From: an uncultured Rhizobium sp.
GTDB taxonomy: Bacteria > Pseudomonadota > Alphaproteobacteria > Micropepsales > Micropepsaceae
Reading direction: 5' to 3'
NCBI GenBank assembly: GCA_964580115.1
Contig: CAZOJG010000012.1
Coordinates: 12,310-76,309 of the forward strand
Length of the DNA: 64,000 nt
Part shown: one piece after another, positions 50,010-58,999 of the stretch
Numbering within the stretch: position 1 is the first letter of the stretch
How the letters are laid out: the number at the start of each line of letters is the position of its first letter
Translations under genes and position numbers: made by a program
The notes under the pieces: generated by a model
The model's database searches: none
Told to the model about the DNA's origin: nothing
The model's input: the letters and a program-made list of their open reading frames with translations, nothing else

Positions 50010-50238
50010 CCGCTTCCTCGATTTCCTCATGAGTCACAGGCGGCGTCTCCCTTTCCTTCGGCGCACCAATCGCATTACCGCTATTGTAAGAAGGCGGATC
50101 GCTGGCCGGGAATGAATCCTTGCTGGAGCGATCCACCGATGCATTGTTTATCTTTGCATCCTTTTTCTTCTCCATATCAGGCTTCACGCCCTCGGTCTTG
50201 GGCGGCGGTGTCGGATGGTCTTCAGTCGATGCACACAT
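49996..50238 (-). CDS. Small hydrophilic, probably disordered protein (80 aa)
   Basis: AAGGAG lies 6 nt upstream of the ATG at 50238 (MCASTEDHP..). The sequence is Pro/Lys/Glu/Ser-rich and contains KDSFPASDPPSYNSG. It is co-oriented with and immediately downstream of the DUF3096-like gene. Confidence 0.5.
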   Translation of the reverse strand: MCASTEDHPTPPPKTEGVKPDMEKKKDAKINNASVDRSSKDSFPASDPPSYNSGNAIGAPKERETPPVTHEEIEEAAKAK

Positions 50239-50297
50239 GATCATCTCCTTGGAAAGATAAAAACGGTTCAGCACCGTTCTTGGTTCCTAAGGGCGAT

Positions 50298-50459
50298 CTA
50301 CAAAGTTCCCTCGAAAATATGTGGCCATAATCCCATTACCCCGATCAGAATGAGATAAATGGCGACCAGATAATTCAATATCCTCGGCATAAATAAGATC
50401 AGCACGCCAAAGATAAGTGCGATAAGCGGTTGCAACATCACAATGTTGATTGATTGCAT
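50298..50459 (-). CDS. DUF3096-like 53-aa two-TM membrane protein (not in the supplied ORF track)
   Basis: Hand translation gives MQSINIVMLQPLIALIFGVLILFMPRILNYLVAIYLILIGVMGLWPHIFEGTL*. GAGAGGA lies about 8 nt upstream of the ATG. The motif P-R-(I/L)-L-N-Y-(I/L)-V-A-I-Y-L-I matches my recollection of DUF3096. Confidence 0.7.
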   Translation of the reverse strand: MQSINIVMLQPLIALIFGVLILFMPRILNYLVAIYLILIGVMGLWPHIFEGTL

Positions 50460-50612
50460 CAGACAAATCCTCTCGCATTGGTCTTTGCAGGGTCATGCAG
50501 GTTAATCAAACGACCCACTTGCAAAGTATAACCCTCTCCCACAGCAATAATGCGTGGCGTCACGATTGCGTTTCTTTAATCCCGGTCTAATCTTGTGGAA
50601 CAGGGGGACATT

Positions 50613-51185
50613 ATGAAAGATGATATTCAAGAAACTGCCGGTCCTGATGGAACGCCAGAATCCCGTCTCTGTGATACGCCTGAAGAAAGCGTGGGCTTTC
50701 TGGCGCGTCTCACCTTCCGCGCCTTTTCCCGCAATCTTGAAAACCGCATCAATCGCCATGGTGTGACCGGCGGCCAATGGGTTTTCCTGCGCGTATTGTG
50801 GGATGAAGACGGCATGACCCAGCGCGAATTATCCCGCCGCGCAGGCATGCGCGAATCCACCACCGTCACCGCGCTCAATGGTATGGAGCGGGCAGGGCTG
50901 GTCCGCCGCGTGGCCAGTGTCGAGGATCGCCGCAGAAGCCATGTCTATCTCACTCCGCGCGGCAGCAATCTGCGTGATACGCTGCTCGCCCTTGCGGGCG
51001 AGGTCAATCAGATCAGCGTGACAGATTTCTCCGCCGCAGAGATCACGCAATTGCGCGACATGATGCGTAGAATTATCCAAAATCTGCGCGCTGCCGAAAA
51101 GCAGGCTGCCGAAAAGCAGGCTGCGGAAAAACAAAGCGAAAAAGAAAGCCACACCACCGCCAGACAAAAAGCCAGTGTCGCCTGA
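50613..51185 (+). CDS. MarR-family transcriptional regulator with a repetitive AEKQ C-terminal tail
   Basis: It has a winged-HTH region (WVFLRVLWDEDGMTQRELSRRAGMRESTTVTALNGMERAGLVRRV..DRR). The ATG at 50613 is preceded by GGGGGA. Confidence 0.85.
   Translation: MKDDIQETAGPDGTPESRLCDTPEESVGFLARLTFRAFSRNLENRINRHGVTGGQWVFLRVLWDEDGMTQRELSRRAGMRESTTVTALNGMERAGLVRRVASVEDRRRSHVYLTPRGSNLRDTLLALAGEVNQISVTDFSAAEITQLRDMMRRIIQNLRAAEKQAAEKQAAEKQSEKESHTTARQKASVA
51090..51134 (+). repeat. Three tandem 15-bp units inside the MarR gene
   Basis: The units are gctgccgaaaagcag, gctgccgaaaagcag and gctgcggaaaaacaa. They encode AAEKQ three times, in frame. Confidence 0.9.
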
Positions 51186-51202
51186 TCCTCACGCCCCCTC
51201 TC

Positions 51203-53080
51203 TCAAGTCCGGTGCGCGGTGATCACATCCAGAAACAGCGTGCCGAAATCCCGCAGCTTGGCGGCCCCCACGCCGGTGACCTCGCCAAATTCGTCTTTGT
51301 TGCGCGGCTGCCGCAAAGCCATATCCGCCAGACTGCGATCCGAAAAAATCACATAGGCGGGCACTTGCCGGTCCTTGGCCAAAGCAAGCCGCAATTGCTT
51401 CAATTTCTCCAGCAGCGAAGACTCCGCGCCGCTCAAATCCCCCCCAGCACTGCTGCCACGCCCTCGGCGCTCCATCTTCTGCGCCACCATCACAGGGCGA
51501 TATTGAAATCCCGCGCGCCCCTGCAACACATCTTCGCCCTTCAGCGTAAGGTGCAGTCCCCCATAACCGGCTATGTCCAGATGCAGCAGGCCACCGCCCA
51601 CCATCTGGCGAATAAATGATTGCCATTCCTCGCGTTTGCGTATTGCGCCCGCCCCGAAATCCGCCAACTGATCATGATTATTGCTTAAAACCTTTTCGGT
51701 CTTTTGGCCGCGCAACAGATCCACAATATGGGTCACCCCAAACATCTGCCCGCTCGCGCTGACCAGCCGCAACACCAGCCGCGCCTCAACCGCGCCATCC
51801 AGCATCGCCACCGGCGTCAGGCAGATATCGCAATTCTGGCAAGGCTCGGCCTCTTCCCCAAAATAACCCAGCAATAATTGCCGCCGACACTGCGCCGCCT
51901 CACAAAACCCCACCAGCGCCGCCAAACGCTGCATCTCGCGCCGCTTGCGATCCTCGCCCGCATCTTCCTGCTCAATAAAAATGCGGCGCATCCGAATATC
52001 GCCCAGCCCGAACAGCATCAAAGCCTCGGCCTCCGCGCCATCGCGCCCCGCGCGCCCGATCTCCTGATAATAGGCTTCCAAACTACCGGGCAGATCGGCA
52101 TGAAACACAAATCGCACATCCGATTTGTCGATCCCCATACCAAAGGCAATGGTCGCCACCACCACGATCCCCGGCTCTGTCATGAAACGGTTCTGATTTG
52201 CCTCACGCTGCTCCTTGCTCATGCCCGCGTGATAGGGCAGGGCGCGCACACCCTGCGCGCAAAGATAATCCGCCACATCCTCGGTCTTGCGCCGCGACAG
52301 GCAATATACAATCCCGCTCGCCCCCTGATGCCGCCGCACAAAATGCAGCATCTGCTTTTTCCACTCGCGCTTGGGCTCCACCCTCAGGCGAATATTAGGC
52401 CGGTCAAATCCCAGCACCAGCATATCCACCGCGCTTTTATCCGAAACACCGGCAAATAATTTTTGCGCGATATCGGCCCGCGTCGCCTCATCCGCCGTGG
52501 CGGTTAAAGCCGCAATCGGCACATCCGGAAAAATCTCGCAGAGCCGCGACAGCGCCTCATATTCCGGCCGGAATGCAGGCCCCCATTGCGAAATACAATG
52601 CGCCTCATCAATCGCGATCAGGCGCACATCCAGCCGCGCCAGCGCCGTCAACATGCGCTCGGTCATCAAGCGTTCCGGAGCCAGATATAAAAGCCGCGTC
52701 TCGCCGCGCACCACACGTCGCCATATGGCAACATTCTCCTCGCGGCTCTGCGCCGAATGAATCGCATCCGCCGCCACACCGGCCAGCTTTAATGCCGATA
52801 CCTGATCCTGCATCAGCGCCACCAGCGGCGAGACCACCAGCGTCAACCCGCCCATCACCAGGGCCGGCACCTGAAAACAGAGCGATTTGCCCGATCCCGT
52901 CGGCATCACGGTCAGCACATGCCGCCCAGCGAGCAAGGCCTCCATAGCCGCCTCCTGTCCGGGGCGGAAATGCTCGAAACCGAAAATGTCTTTCAACACT
53001 CGGCGCTTGGGATCACGGTCAGGAAGATTCATGCCACAAAAGGGATTCGCATAAGCCCCCATGGCTGTAGCAGCATTCAC
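51203..53080 (-). CDS. recQ: ATP-dependent DNA helicase RecQ
   Basis: It has FRPGQ, PTGSGKS, DEAHCISQWG, an RQC zinc cluster (C..C..CDNC-like: CQNCDIC) and a C-terminal HRDC domain. The start is uncertain: GTG 53080, ATG 53062 or ATG 53032. Confidence 0.95.
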   Translation of the reverse strand: MNAATAMGAYANPFCGMNLPDRDPKRRVLKDIFGFEHFRPGQEAAMEALLAGRHVLTVMPTGSGKSLCFQVPALVMGGLTLVVSPLVALMQDQVSALKLAGVAADAIHSAQSREENVAIWRRVVRGETRLLYLAPERLMTERMLTALARLDVRLIAIDEAHCISQWGPAFRPEYEALSRLCEIFPDVPIAALTATADEATRADIAQKLFAGVSDKSAVDMLVLGFDRPNIRLRVEPKREWKKQMLHFVRRHQGASGIVYCLSRRKTEDVADYLCAQGVRALPYHAGMSKEQREANQNRFMTEPGIVVVATIAFGMGIDKSDVRFVFHADLPGSLEAYYQEIGRAGRDGAEAEALMLFGLGDIRMRRIFIEQEDAGEDRKRREMQRLAALVGFCEAAQCRRQLLLGYFGEEAEPCQNCDICLTPVAMLDGAVEARLVLRLVSASGQMFGVTHIVDLLRGQKTEKVLSNNHDQLADFGAGAIRKREEWQSFIRQMVGGGLLHLDIAGYGGLHLTLKGEDVLQGRAGFQYRPVMVAQKMERRGRGSSAGGDLSGAESSLLEKLKQLRLALAKDRQVPAYVIFSDRSLADMALRQPRNKDEFGEVTGVGAAKLRDFGTLFLDVITAHRT

Positions 53081-53156
53081 GACAAAGAGAGTGCTTTTTT
53101 TACACGTGTTCTATAGTTTGCCCCCATCTAGAAGACGTAAAACAAAGGCATCCCGC

Positions 53157-53768
53157 GTGAAAATCAAACTCTATCAGGGTGATCTGCCCGCCGATCTCGA
53201 TCTCGGCACCACCGTGGCGATTGATAGCGAAACACTCGGCCTGTCCTATATGCGTGATCGGCTCTGTCTGGTGCAATTATCCTCGGGCGATGGCGTCTGC
53301 CATGCTGTCCAATTCGGTGTCGGCATCTATGACGCCCCGAATCTCAAACGCCTGCTGACCGATCCAAAGATTCTCAAACTCTTTCATTTCGCGCGTTTCG
53401 ACATCGCCATGTTCCAGCGCTATCTGGGGGTCACCACAGCGCCGCTCTATTGCACCAAAATCGCCTCAAAGCTGGTCCGCACCTATACAGATCGCCACGG
53501 CCTCAAAGATCTGGTGCGGGAACTTCTCGGCGTCGAGATTTCCAAAGAACAGCAAAGTTCCGATTGGGGCGCCCCCGAACTCAGCGAAAAACAGCTCGCC
53601 TATGCCGCCAATGACGTGGCCCACCTGCATCGCCTGAAAGAGGTGCTGGACACGATGCTGGCCCGCGAACATCGCACCGCGCTGGCGCAAGGCTGCTTCG
53701 ACTTCCTCCCCAACCGCGCCAAGCTCGATCTGGCGGGCTGGGACGAGGTGGACATCTTCGCGCATTAA
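53157..53768 (+). CDS. rnd: Short ribonuclease D-like DEDD 3'-5' exonuclease
   Basis: It has the exo motifs AIDSETLGL, FHFARFDI and YAANDVAHL. I prefer the GTG at 53157 (203 aa) because the ORF-track start at 53061 overlaps recQ. Confidence 0.85.
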   Translation: MKIKLYQGDLPADLDLGTTVAIDSETLGLSYMRDRLCLVQLSSGDGVCHAVQFGVGIYDAPNLKRLLTDPKILKLFHFARFDIAMFQRYLGVTTAPLYCTKIASKLVRTYTDRHGLKDLVRELLGVEISKEQQSSDWGAPELSEKQLAYAANDVAHLHRLKEVLDTMLAREHRTALAQGCFDFLPNRAKLDLAGWDEVDIFAH

Positions 53769-53868
53769 GTCGCCCGAAGGCTGTTTTATAGTTAATAAAA
53801 CCCTAAGCACGCTCATAAGCCATTGATATATAATCCAGCTTGAACCACGCCCTGGTTTTGGCCACATT

Positions 53869-53884
53869 TGGCACGATTTTCGCT
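53869..53884 (+). promoter_or_regulatory. Sigma-54-type -24/-12 promoter element
   Basis: TGGCACG-ATTT-TCGCT matches the consensus TGGCACG-N4-TTGCW in 11 of 12 defined positions, with correct GG/GC spacing. It lies 62 nt upstream of the kdsD ATG. Confidence 0.4.
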
Positions 53885-53945
53885 TGTGCTATAGGTAAGC
53901 CTGTATTCATGGCCGTATAAAAACGCCCTCGCATAAAGGTCACGC

Positions 53946-54950
53946 ATGTCCATTGCCGCCACCACTGCGGTTCAGGCCCAGCCCGAAACCGCGCAGGACT
54001 CAGATATGGCCGCCGCGCGCCGCGTGATCGAAACCGCGTCCGAAGCCCTGTCCGCGCTCAGCCAGTCCCTGAATGGCGAATTCAGCCGGGCGGTGGAGGC
54101 GATCATCGGCCTGAAGGGCAGGGTGATCGTCAGCGGCATGGGTAAATCGGGCCATATCGCGCGTAAAATCGCGGCCACACTGGCCTCCACCGGCACACCC
54201 GCCATGTTCGTCCATCCTGGCGAGGCCAGCCATGGTGATCTCGGCATGGTCACGCGTGACGATGCGGTGATCATGCTGTCCTATCGCGGCGAAACCACCG
54301 AACTGGGCGATCTCATCACCCATGCCAAGCGGTTGCGCATCCCGCTCATCGGCATAGCGGGGAATGAACGCTCCACCTTGCTGCAAGCCTCCGATATTCC
54401 GCTGCTCCTCCCCAAAGCCCGCGAAGCCTGCCCCATGGGCCTCGCCCCCACCACCTCCACCACCATGATGCTGGTGCTGGGCGATGCGCTGGCTGTGGCG
54501 CTGATGGAAAAACGCGGCTTCACCGCCGATCAATATCGCGATTTCCATCCCGGCGGCTCGCTCGGTCGTCTGTTGATCCGCGTCAGTGATCTCATGCATC
54601 AGGGCGGAACATTGCCGCTGGCCAAAACCGACCATCTGATGAAAGACGTGCTGCTCACGCTTGCCAGCCATCGCTTCGGCTGCGTCGGCATCGTCGATGA
54701 TGCGGGCCAATTGATCGGCATCATCACCGATGGCGATCTCGCCCGCCATATGGATCACACCTTGCTGGATCGTAGCGCCGGCGAAATCATGACCCGCGCC
54801 CCCAAATGTATCGCGCCCGAAAAACTCGCCGCCGAAGCGCTGGCGCAAATGAACGATCTCAAAATCACCCAGCTCTTCGTACTGGACGATGCGCAGCGCC
54901 CCACCGGCCTCCTGCATATGCATGATTGCCTGCGCGCAGGGGTTGGCTGA
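53946..54950 (+). CDS. kdsD: Arabinose-5-phosphate isomerase (KpsF/GutQ/KdsD family; SIS plus tandem CBS)
   Basis: It has a SIS domain (VSGMGKSGHIARKIAATLASTGTPA) and two CBS motifs at the C-terminus. Confidence 0.93.
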   Translation: MSIAATTAVQAQPETAQDSDMAAARRVIETASEALSALSQSLNGEFSRAVEAIIGLKGRVIVSGMGKSGHIARKIAATLASTGTPAMFVHPGEASHGDLGMVTRDDAVIMLSYRGETTELGDLITHAKRLRIPLIGIAGNERSTLLQASDIPLLLPKAREACPMGLAPTTSTTMMLVLGDALAVALMEKRGFTADQYRDFHPGGSLGRLLIRVSDLMHQGGTLPLAKTDHLMKDVLLTLASHRFGCVGIVDDAGQLIGIITDGDLARHMDHTLLDRSAGEIMTRAPKCIAPEKLAAEALAQMNDLKITQLFVLDDAQRPTGLLHMHDCLRAGVG

Positions 54951-55603
54951 TGCCGCAAAAAGCACCCGCACGGCACCGCGAATGGACCGCCCGTCCACGC
55001 GGCACCATGATGGATGCCGAACGCTATTCCCGCTTCGTCAGCGTCATGAAGCGCGCCCTCCCCATCACCACATTGGTGCTGATCGCCGCAGTGCTGGTCT
55101 ATGCCGTCCAGCCCCGCCAGCAGGATCGCGTCGCCATGACGTTTGAACGCGTCAGCGAAGTCGCCAATGACCGCGCCATGATAAAACCGCGCCTCACCGG
55201 CACCGATAGCGACGGCAATCCCTTTGTCGTCACGGCGGATCGCGCCATTCAGCAGGGCCGCAATTCCAATCAAGCCAAACTCGAAAATGTCGATGCCGAC
55301 ATGACTTTGCAAAACGACCGCTGGCTCAATGCCAAAGCCAATAGCGGATTGTTCGATGCGGATAAAAGCTCCCTCATGCTGCAAGGCGGCATCTCGGTCT
55401 TTTCCGATGATGGCTACGAGCTGCATACCAACAGCGCCTTCTTCGATCTCAAAAAAGGCTTCGTCCGCGGCAAGGAGCATGTCTCCGGCCAGGGCCCGAT
55501 GGGCACTTTGCGCGCCGATCGTTTCGAGGTCGACAAGCAAACCCGGCAAATCCGCCTGCATGGCAATGTCCGCACCACCGTCCATCCCTCAGGGCAAATC
55601 TGA
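54950..55603 (+). CDS. lptC: LPS export system protein LptC
   Basis: It has a single N-terminal TM helix and then an OstA-like beta-jellyroll sequence, positioned before lptA. The ATG at 54950 overlaps the kdsD stop; later in-frame Met codons are possible starts. Confidence 0.75.
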   Translation: MPQKAPARHREWTARPRGTMMDAERYSRFVSVMKRALPITTLVLIAAVLVYAVQPRQQDRVAMTFERVSEVANDRAMIKPRLTGTDSDGNPFVVTADRAIQQGRNSNQAKLENVDADMTLQNDRWLNAKANSGLFDADKSSLMLQGGISVFSDDGYELHTNSAFFDLKKGFVRGKEHVSGQGPMGTLRADRFEVDKQTRQIRLHGNVRTTVHPSGQI

Positions 55604-55604
55604 T

Positions 55605-56138
55605 ATGATCAAACCCCTTCTTTTCACCCTCGCCGTCAGCTTTTTCGCGCTGCCCTGTTGCGTCTTCGCCGCCACGCCGGTGGATTTTGGCAAACAGAAA
55701 ACCGACGCGCCTATCGAAGTCTCCGCCGATTCCTTTCTGGCAGACATCAAAGGCAAAACCGGCACCTATGTCGGCAATGTCATCGTCAAACAGGGCGATA
55801 TGCGCCTGCGCGCCGACAAGGTGCGGGTGAATGTGGTCAATGACCGGCCCGATACAATCGAAGCCGATGGCCATGTGATTTTCGATGCCCCCTCCGGCAC
55901 CGCACAGGGCGACAAGGGCATCTATGCCATCGCCCCCCGCACCATCACCCTCTCGGGTAAGGTCGTGCTGGCGAAAGACAAGAATGTCATGCGCGGCACC
56001 TCGCTTGTGGTGAACCTCGCCACCGGCGCCGCCACACTGGGTGCGCGTGGCACACAGGGTGGCCGCGTTCAGGGTTTATTTACCCCACCACCCCAGCCAA
56101 AGAGCGCCCCGCGCCCCGCCCCTGCAACTATTCCCTAA
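55605..56138 (+). CDS. lptA: LPS transport periplasmic protein LptA (OstA N-terminal domain)
   Basis: It has a signal peptide (MIKPLLFTLAVSFFALPCCVFA) and OstA-like repeats (..YVGNVIVKQGDMRLRADKV..). I chose the ATG at 55605. Confidence 0.85.
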   Translation: MIKPLLFTLAVSFFALPCCVFAATPVDFGKQKTDAPIEVSADSFLADIKGKTGTYVGNVIVKQGDMRLRADKVRVNVVNDRPDTIEADGHVIFDAPSGTAQGDKGIYAIAPRTITLSGKVVLAKDKNVMRGTSLVVNLATGAATLGARGTQGGRVQGLFTPPPQPKSAPRPAPATIP

Positions 56139-56183
56139 CCATTCACGCTTCCTTAAATCCAAACAGGCACAGTTCTTGCCCAG

Positions 56184-57011
56184 ATGACAAACGAAACACC
56201 CAGTCTGATCTCCCGCAGCGCTCAGCCCCGGCCTGACAAGCCCGCAAAGCACCCAGAAACACGGCTGGAACCCCGTGTGGTCGAAGGCAGTCAGGGCCTG
56301 GTCGTCACCGCCATCGGAAAAAGCTTCCGCAAACGGCCCGTCGTCCGCTCCGTCAGCCTCACCTTGAAACGCGGCGAAGTCGTCGGCCTGCTCGGCCCCA
56401 ATGGCGCGGGCAAAACCACCTGCTTCTATATGATCAGCGGCCTGATACAGGCCGATGCCGGCACAATCGAAGTCGATGGCCATGACGTCACGCGCCTGCC
56501 GATGTATCGCCGCGCGCGTCTCGGTATCGGCTATCTGCCACAGGAAGCCTCGATCTTTCGCGGCCTCACCGCCGAAGAAAATATCCGCGCCACCGCCGAA
56601 CTGATCGAACCCGATCGCAGCCGCTTAGAAGCGCTGGTCGAGGATCTGCTGGCCGAATTTGGTCTCACCCATGTGCGCCACACACCTTCCATCGCGCTGT
56701 CGGGCGGTGAACGCCGCCGGGTGGAAATCGCCCGCGCGCTGGCCACGCATCCATCCTATATCCTGCTCGATGAACCACTGGCCGGTATCGACCCCATCGC
56801 CGTGGGCGAAATCCGCGATCTCGTCAAACATCTCAAAGATCGCGGCATCGGCGTCCTGATCACCGATCACAATGTCCGTGACGCGCTCGAAATGATTGAT
56901 CGCGCCTATATCATGCATGAAGGTCAGGTCCTGAAAGAAGGCCTCCCCTCCGACATCGTGGGCGACCGCGATGTCCGCCGTGTCTATCTCGGCGAGAGAT
57001 TCTCGCTCTAA
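56184..57011 (+). CDS. lptB: LPS export ABC transporter ATP-binding protein LptB
   Basis: It has Walker A (GPNGAGKTT), the signature LSGGERRR and Walker B (ILLDEP). It carries an N-terminal extension of about 35 aa. Confidence 0.95.
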   Translation: MTNETPSLISRSAQPRPDKPAKHPETRLEPRVVEGSQGLVVTAIGKSFRKRPVVRSVSLTLKRGEVVGLLGPNGAGKTTCFYMISGLIQADAGTIEVDGHDVTRLPMYRRARLGIGYLPQEASIFRGLTAEENIRATAELIEPDRSRLEALVEDLLAEFGLTHVRHTPSIALSGGERRRVEIARALATHPSYILLDEPLAGIDPIAVGEIRDLVKHLKDRGIGVLITDHNVRDALEMIDRAYIMHEGQVLKEGLPSDIVGDRDVRRVYLGERFSL

Positions 57012-57031
57012 GGATGGATCGGGGCTGAACC

Positions 57032-58534
57032 ATGGCGATTTCTCAACGGCTTGAAATTCGTCAAGGCCAGTCGCTGGTCATGACCCCGCAATTGCAGCAA
57101 GCCATCAAGCTGCTGCAATTATCGAATATCGAACTCACGGCCTTCGTCGAACAGGAGCTGGAAAAAAACCCGCTGCTGGAACGCGATGAAACCGCCGAAA
57201 TCCACGAATCCCCGCCCGAAGAAAACGCCCCAGCGGTCGAAGCGCTGGACACAGCCCTGACACGCGAAGATTACAGCAAGGCCGACGATATGGATGCAGG
57301 TCGCGAAGACCTCTATCCCGAAGACAGCCCGCCCCATAGCGCCTCCGATTCCAGCCTGTCCGATTGGACCAGCCTGCGCAGCGGCGGTGGCCTCGATGGC
57401 GCCGAAGATAGTCTGGAAAATGTTCTGGGCGGTGCCGAAACGCTGAAAGATCATCTGCAAGCCCAGCTCACTATTGCCGCCCTCGACCCCGAAAAACGCC
57501 TTATTGGCCTGTCCTTGATCGATGGCGTCGATGAAGCGGGATATTTACGCGCCGACCTCGCAGAAATCGCCGAACGTCTGGGCTCCAGCCAGGACATGGT
57601 CGAGAAAGTGCTCGCAATCCTGCAAGGCTTCGATCCCCCCGGCGTGGGCGCCCGCGATCTGGCCGAATGTCTGGCCATTCAATTGCGCGAAAGAGGCCGC
57701 TTCGATCCGGCGATGGAAGCCCTGCTGACCCGCCTCGATCTGGTCGCCCGCCGCGATATTCCCGGTCTCTGCCATGCCTGCGGCGTCGATCAGGAAGATG
57801 TGATCGACATGATCGCGGAAATCCGCGCCCTCACACCAAAACCCGGCCTCGCTTTCGGGTATGAGCCCGTACAACCCGTCGTGCCAGATGTTTTCGTGCG
57901 CATCGGCCCCGATGGCGGCTGGCATGTCGAACTCAATTCCGACACGCTGCCCCGCCTGCTGGTGAATTCGCGCTACTACACGAAAGTCTCCAAAACCGCG
58001 CGGGAAAAAGACGCCAAAACCTATCTCACCGATTGTCTGAACACCGCCAACTGGCTCGTGAAAAGCCTTGATCAGCGCGCCCGCACCATCCTCAAAGTCG
58101 CCAGCGAACTGGTCCGCCAGCAAGACGGTTTTCTCACCTATGGCGTGCGCCACCTGCGGCCTCTGAACCTGCGCACCATCGCCGACGCGATTTCGATGCA
58201 CGAATCCACAGTCAGCCGTGTCACCTCGAACAAATATATCGCCACCCCGCGCGGTGTTTTCGAGATGAAATATTTTTTCACGGCCGCCATTCAATCCATG
58301 CATGGCGAGGAAGCCCATTCCGCAGAATCAGTGCGTGACAGAATCCGCGAAATGATCGACAATGAATCCAGAGACATCCTGTCGGATGATCGTATAGTTG
58401 CGCTTCTCACCGCAGATGGCGTGAACATCGCGCGCCGTACCGTTGCCAAATATCGGGAAGCCCTGCGGATTCCGTCCTCTGTGGAACGCAGGCGACTGAA
58501 GTCAAGCGATTTTTCGTCGGTTACGGCGCCGTAA
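57032..58534 (+). CDS. rpoN: RNA polymerase sigma-54 factor
   Basis: It has region I (LEIRQGQSLVMTPQLQQAIKLLQLSN), an acidic region II and the RpoN box ARRTVAKYR. Confidence 0.97.
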   Translation: MAISQRLEIRQGQSLVMTPQLQQAIKLLQLSNIELTAFVEQELEKNPLLERDETAEIHESPPEENAPAVEALDTALTREDYSKADDMDAGREDLYPEDSPPHSASDSSLSDWTSLRSGGGLDGAEDSLENVLGGAETLKDHLQAQLTIAALDPEKRLIGLSLIDGVDEAGYLRADLAEIAERLGSSQDMVEKVLAILQGFDPPGVGARDLAECLAIQLRERGRFDPAMEALLTRLDLVARRDIPGLCHACGVDQEDVIDMIAEIRALTPKPGLAFGYEPVQPVVPDVFVRIGPDGGWHVELNSDTLPRLLVNSRYYTKVSKTAREKDAKTYLTDCLNTANWLVKSLDQRARTILKVASELVRQQDGFLTYGVRHLRPLNLRTIADAISMHESTVSRVTSNKYIATPRGVFEMKYFFTAAIQSMHGEEAHSAESVRDRIREMIDNESRDILSDDRIVALLTADGVNIARRTVAKYREALRIPSSVERRRLKSSDFSSVTAP

Positions 58535-58563
58535 CCCCTTTACGTTGACATTCCTCCCCCATC

Positions 58564-58588
58564 CGCCTACACCCCGGGCGCTTTTTTT
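58564..58588 (+). terminator. Weak hairpin followed by a T7 run after rpoN
   Basis: cgcc-(9 nt)-ggcg is followed by cttttttt. The stem is short, so this is tentative. Confidence 0.25.
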
Positions 58589-58649
58589 GAAACGCACCGG
58601 CTAAAAAGGGTTTATAGTATCTGTACCCTTTTAGATGAGGTGATCGAAT

Positions 58650-58979
58650 ATGCAGGTACGCGTTTCTGGGAAGCAGTTGGAAATCGGCGAAGTTTTGCCC
58701 GAACAGGTCCGTAGTCGTATCGTATCCACCGTTGAAAAACATTTTGATGTCGGTGGTGAAGCAAATATCGTTTTTTCGCGTGAGGGGGCGTTTTTTCGAG
58801 CCGATTGCAATTTGCATCTGAACACAGGTGCAGTGCTCACGGCGCAGGGGAAGGCAGTGGATGCGTATAGGGCGTTTGATGATGCCCTCATACATGTCGA
58901 GAAACAGGTTCGTAGGCATAAACGCAAACTGAAGAACCATCATGACAGGGGCAGGGTGCCAAAAGGCGCTTTGTCCTGA
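58650..58979 (+). CDS. hpf: Ribosome hibernation promoting factor (short HPF/RaiA type)
   Basis: 109 aa (MQVRVSGKQLEIGEVL..) in the conserved position after rpoN. Confidence 0.9.
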   Translation: MQVRVSGKQLEIGEVLPEQVRSRIVSTVEKHFDVGGEANIVFSREGAFFRADCNLHLNTGAVLTAQGKAVDAYRAFDDALIHVEKQVRRHKRKLKNHHDRGRVPKGALS

Positions 58980-58999
58980 CTAAAAAAGGCCTCCCCGTT

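Noticed and set aside
50287-50496. A 69-aa ORF from the track on the minus strand in the AT-rich spacer.
   Set aside because: It has no ribosome-binding site and a non-protein-like sequence. A different frame on the same strand gives a well-formed SD-preceded 53-aa two-TM protein with a DUF3096-like motif (50298-50459). That frame explains the region better.
50576-50590. TTAA-N7-CTAA half-matches to the CtrA box upstream of marR. A similar one lies at 53792-53806 upstream of kdsD.
   Set aside because: Both have one mismatch in the core tetramer and lie in AT-rich spacers. Such 7-of-8 matches are expected by chance many times per window, so I did not report them as sites.
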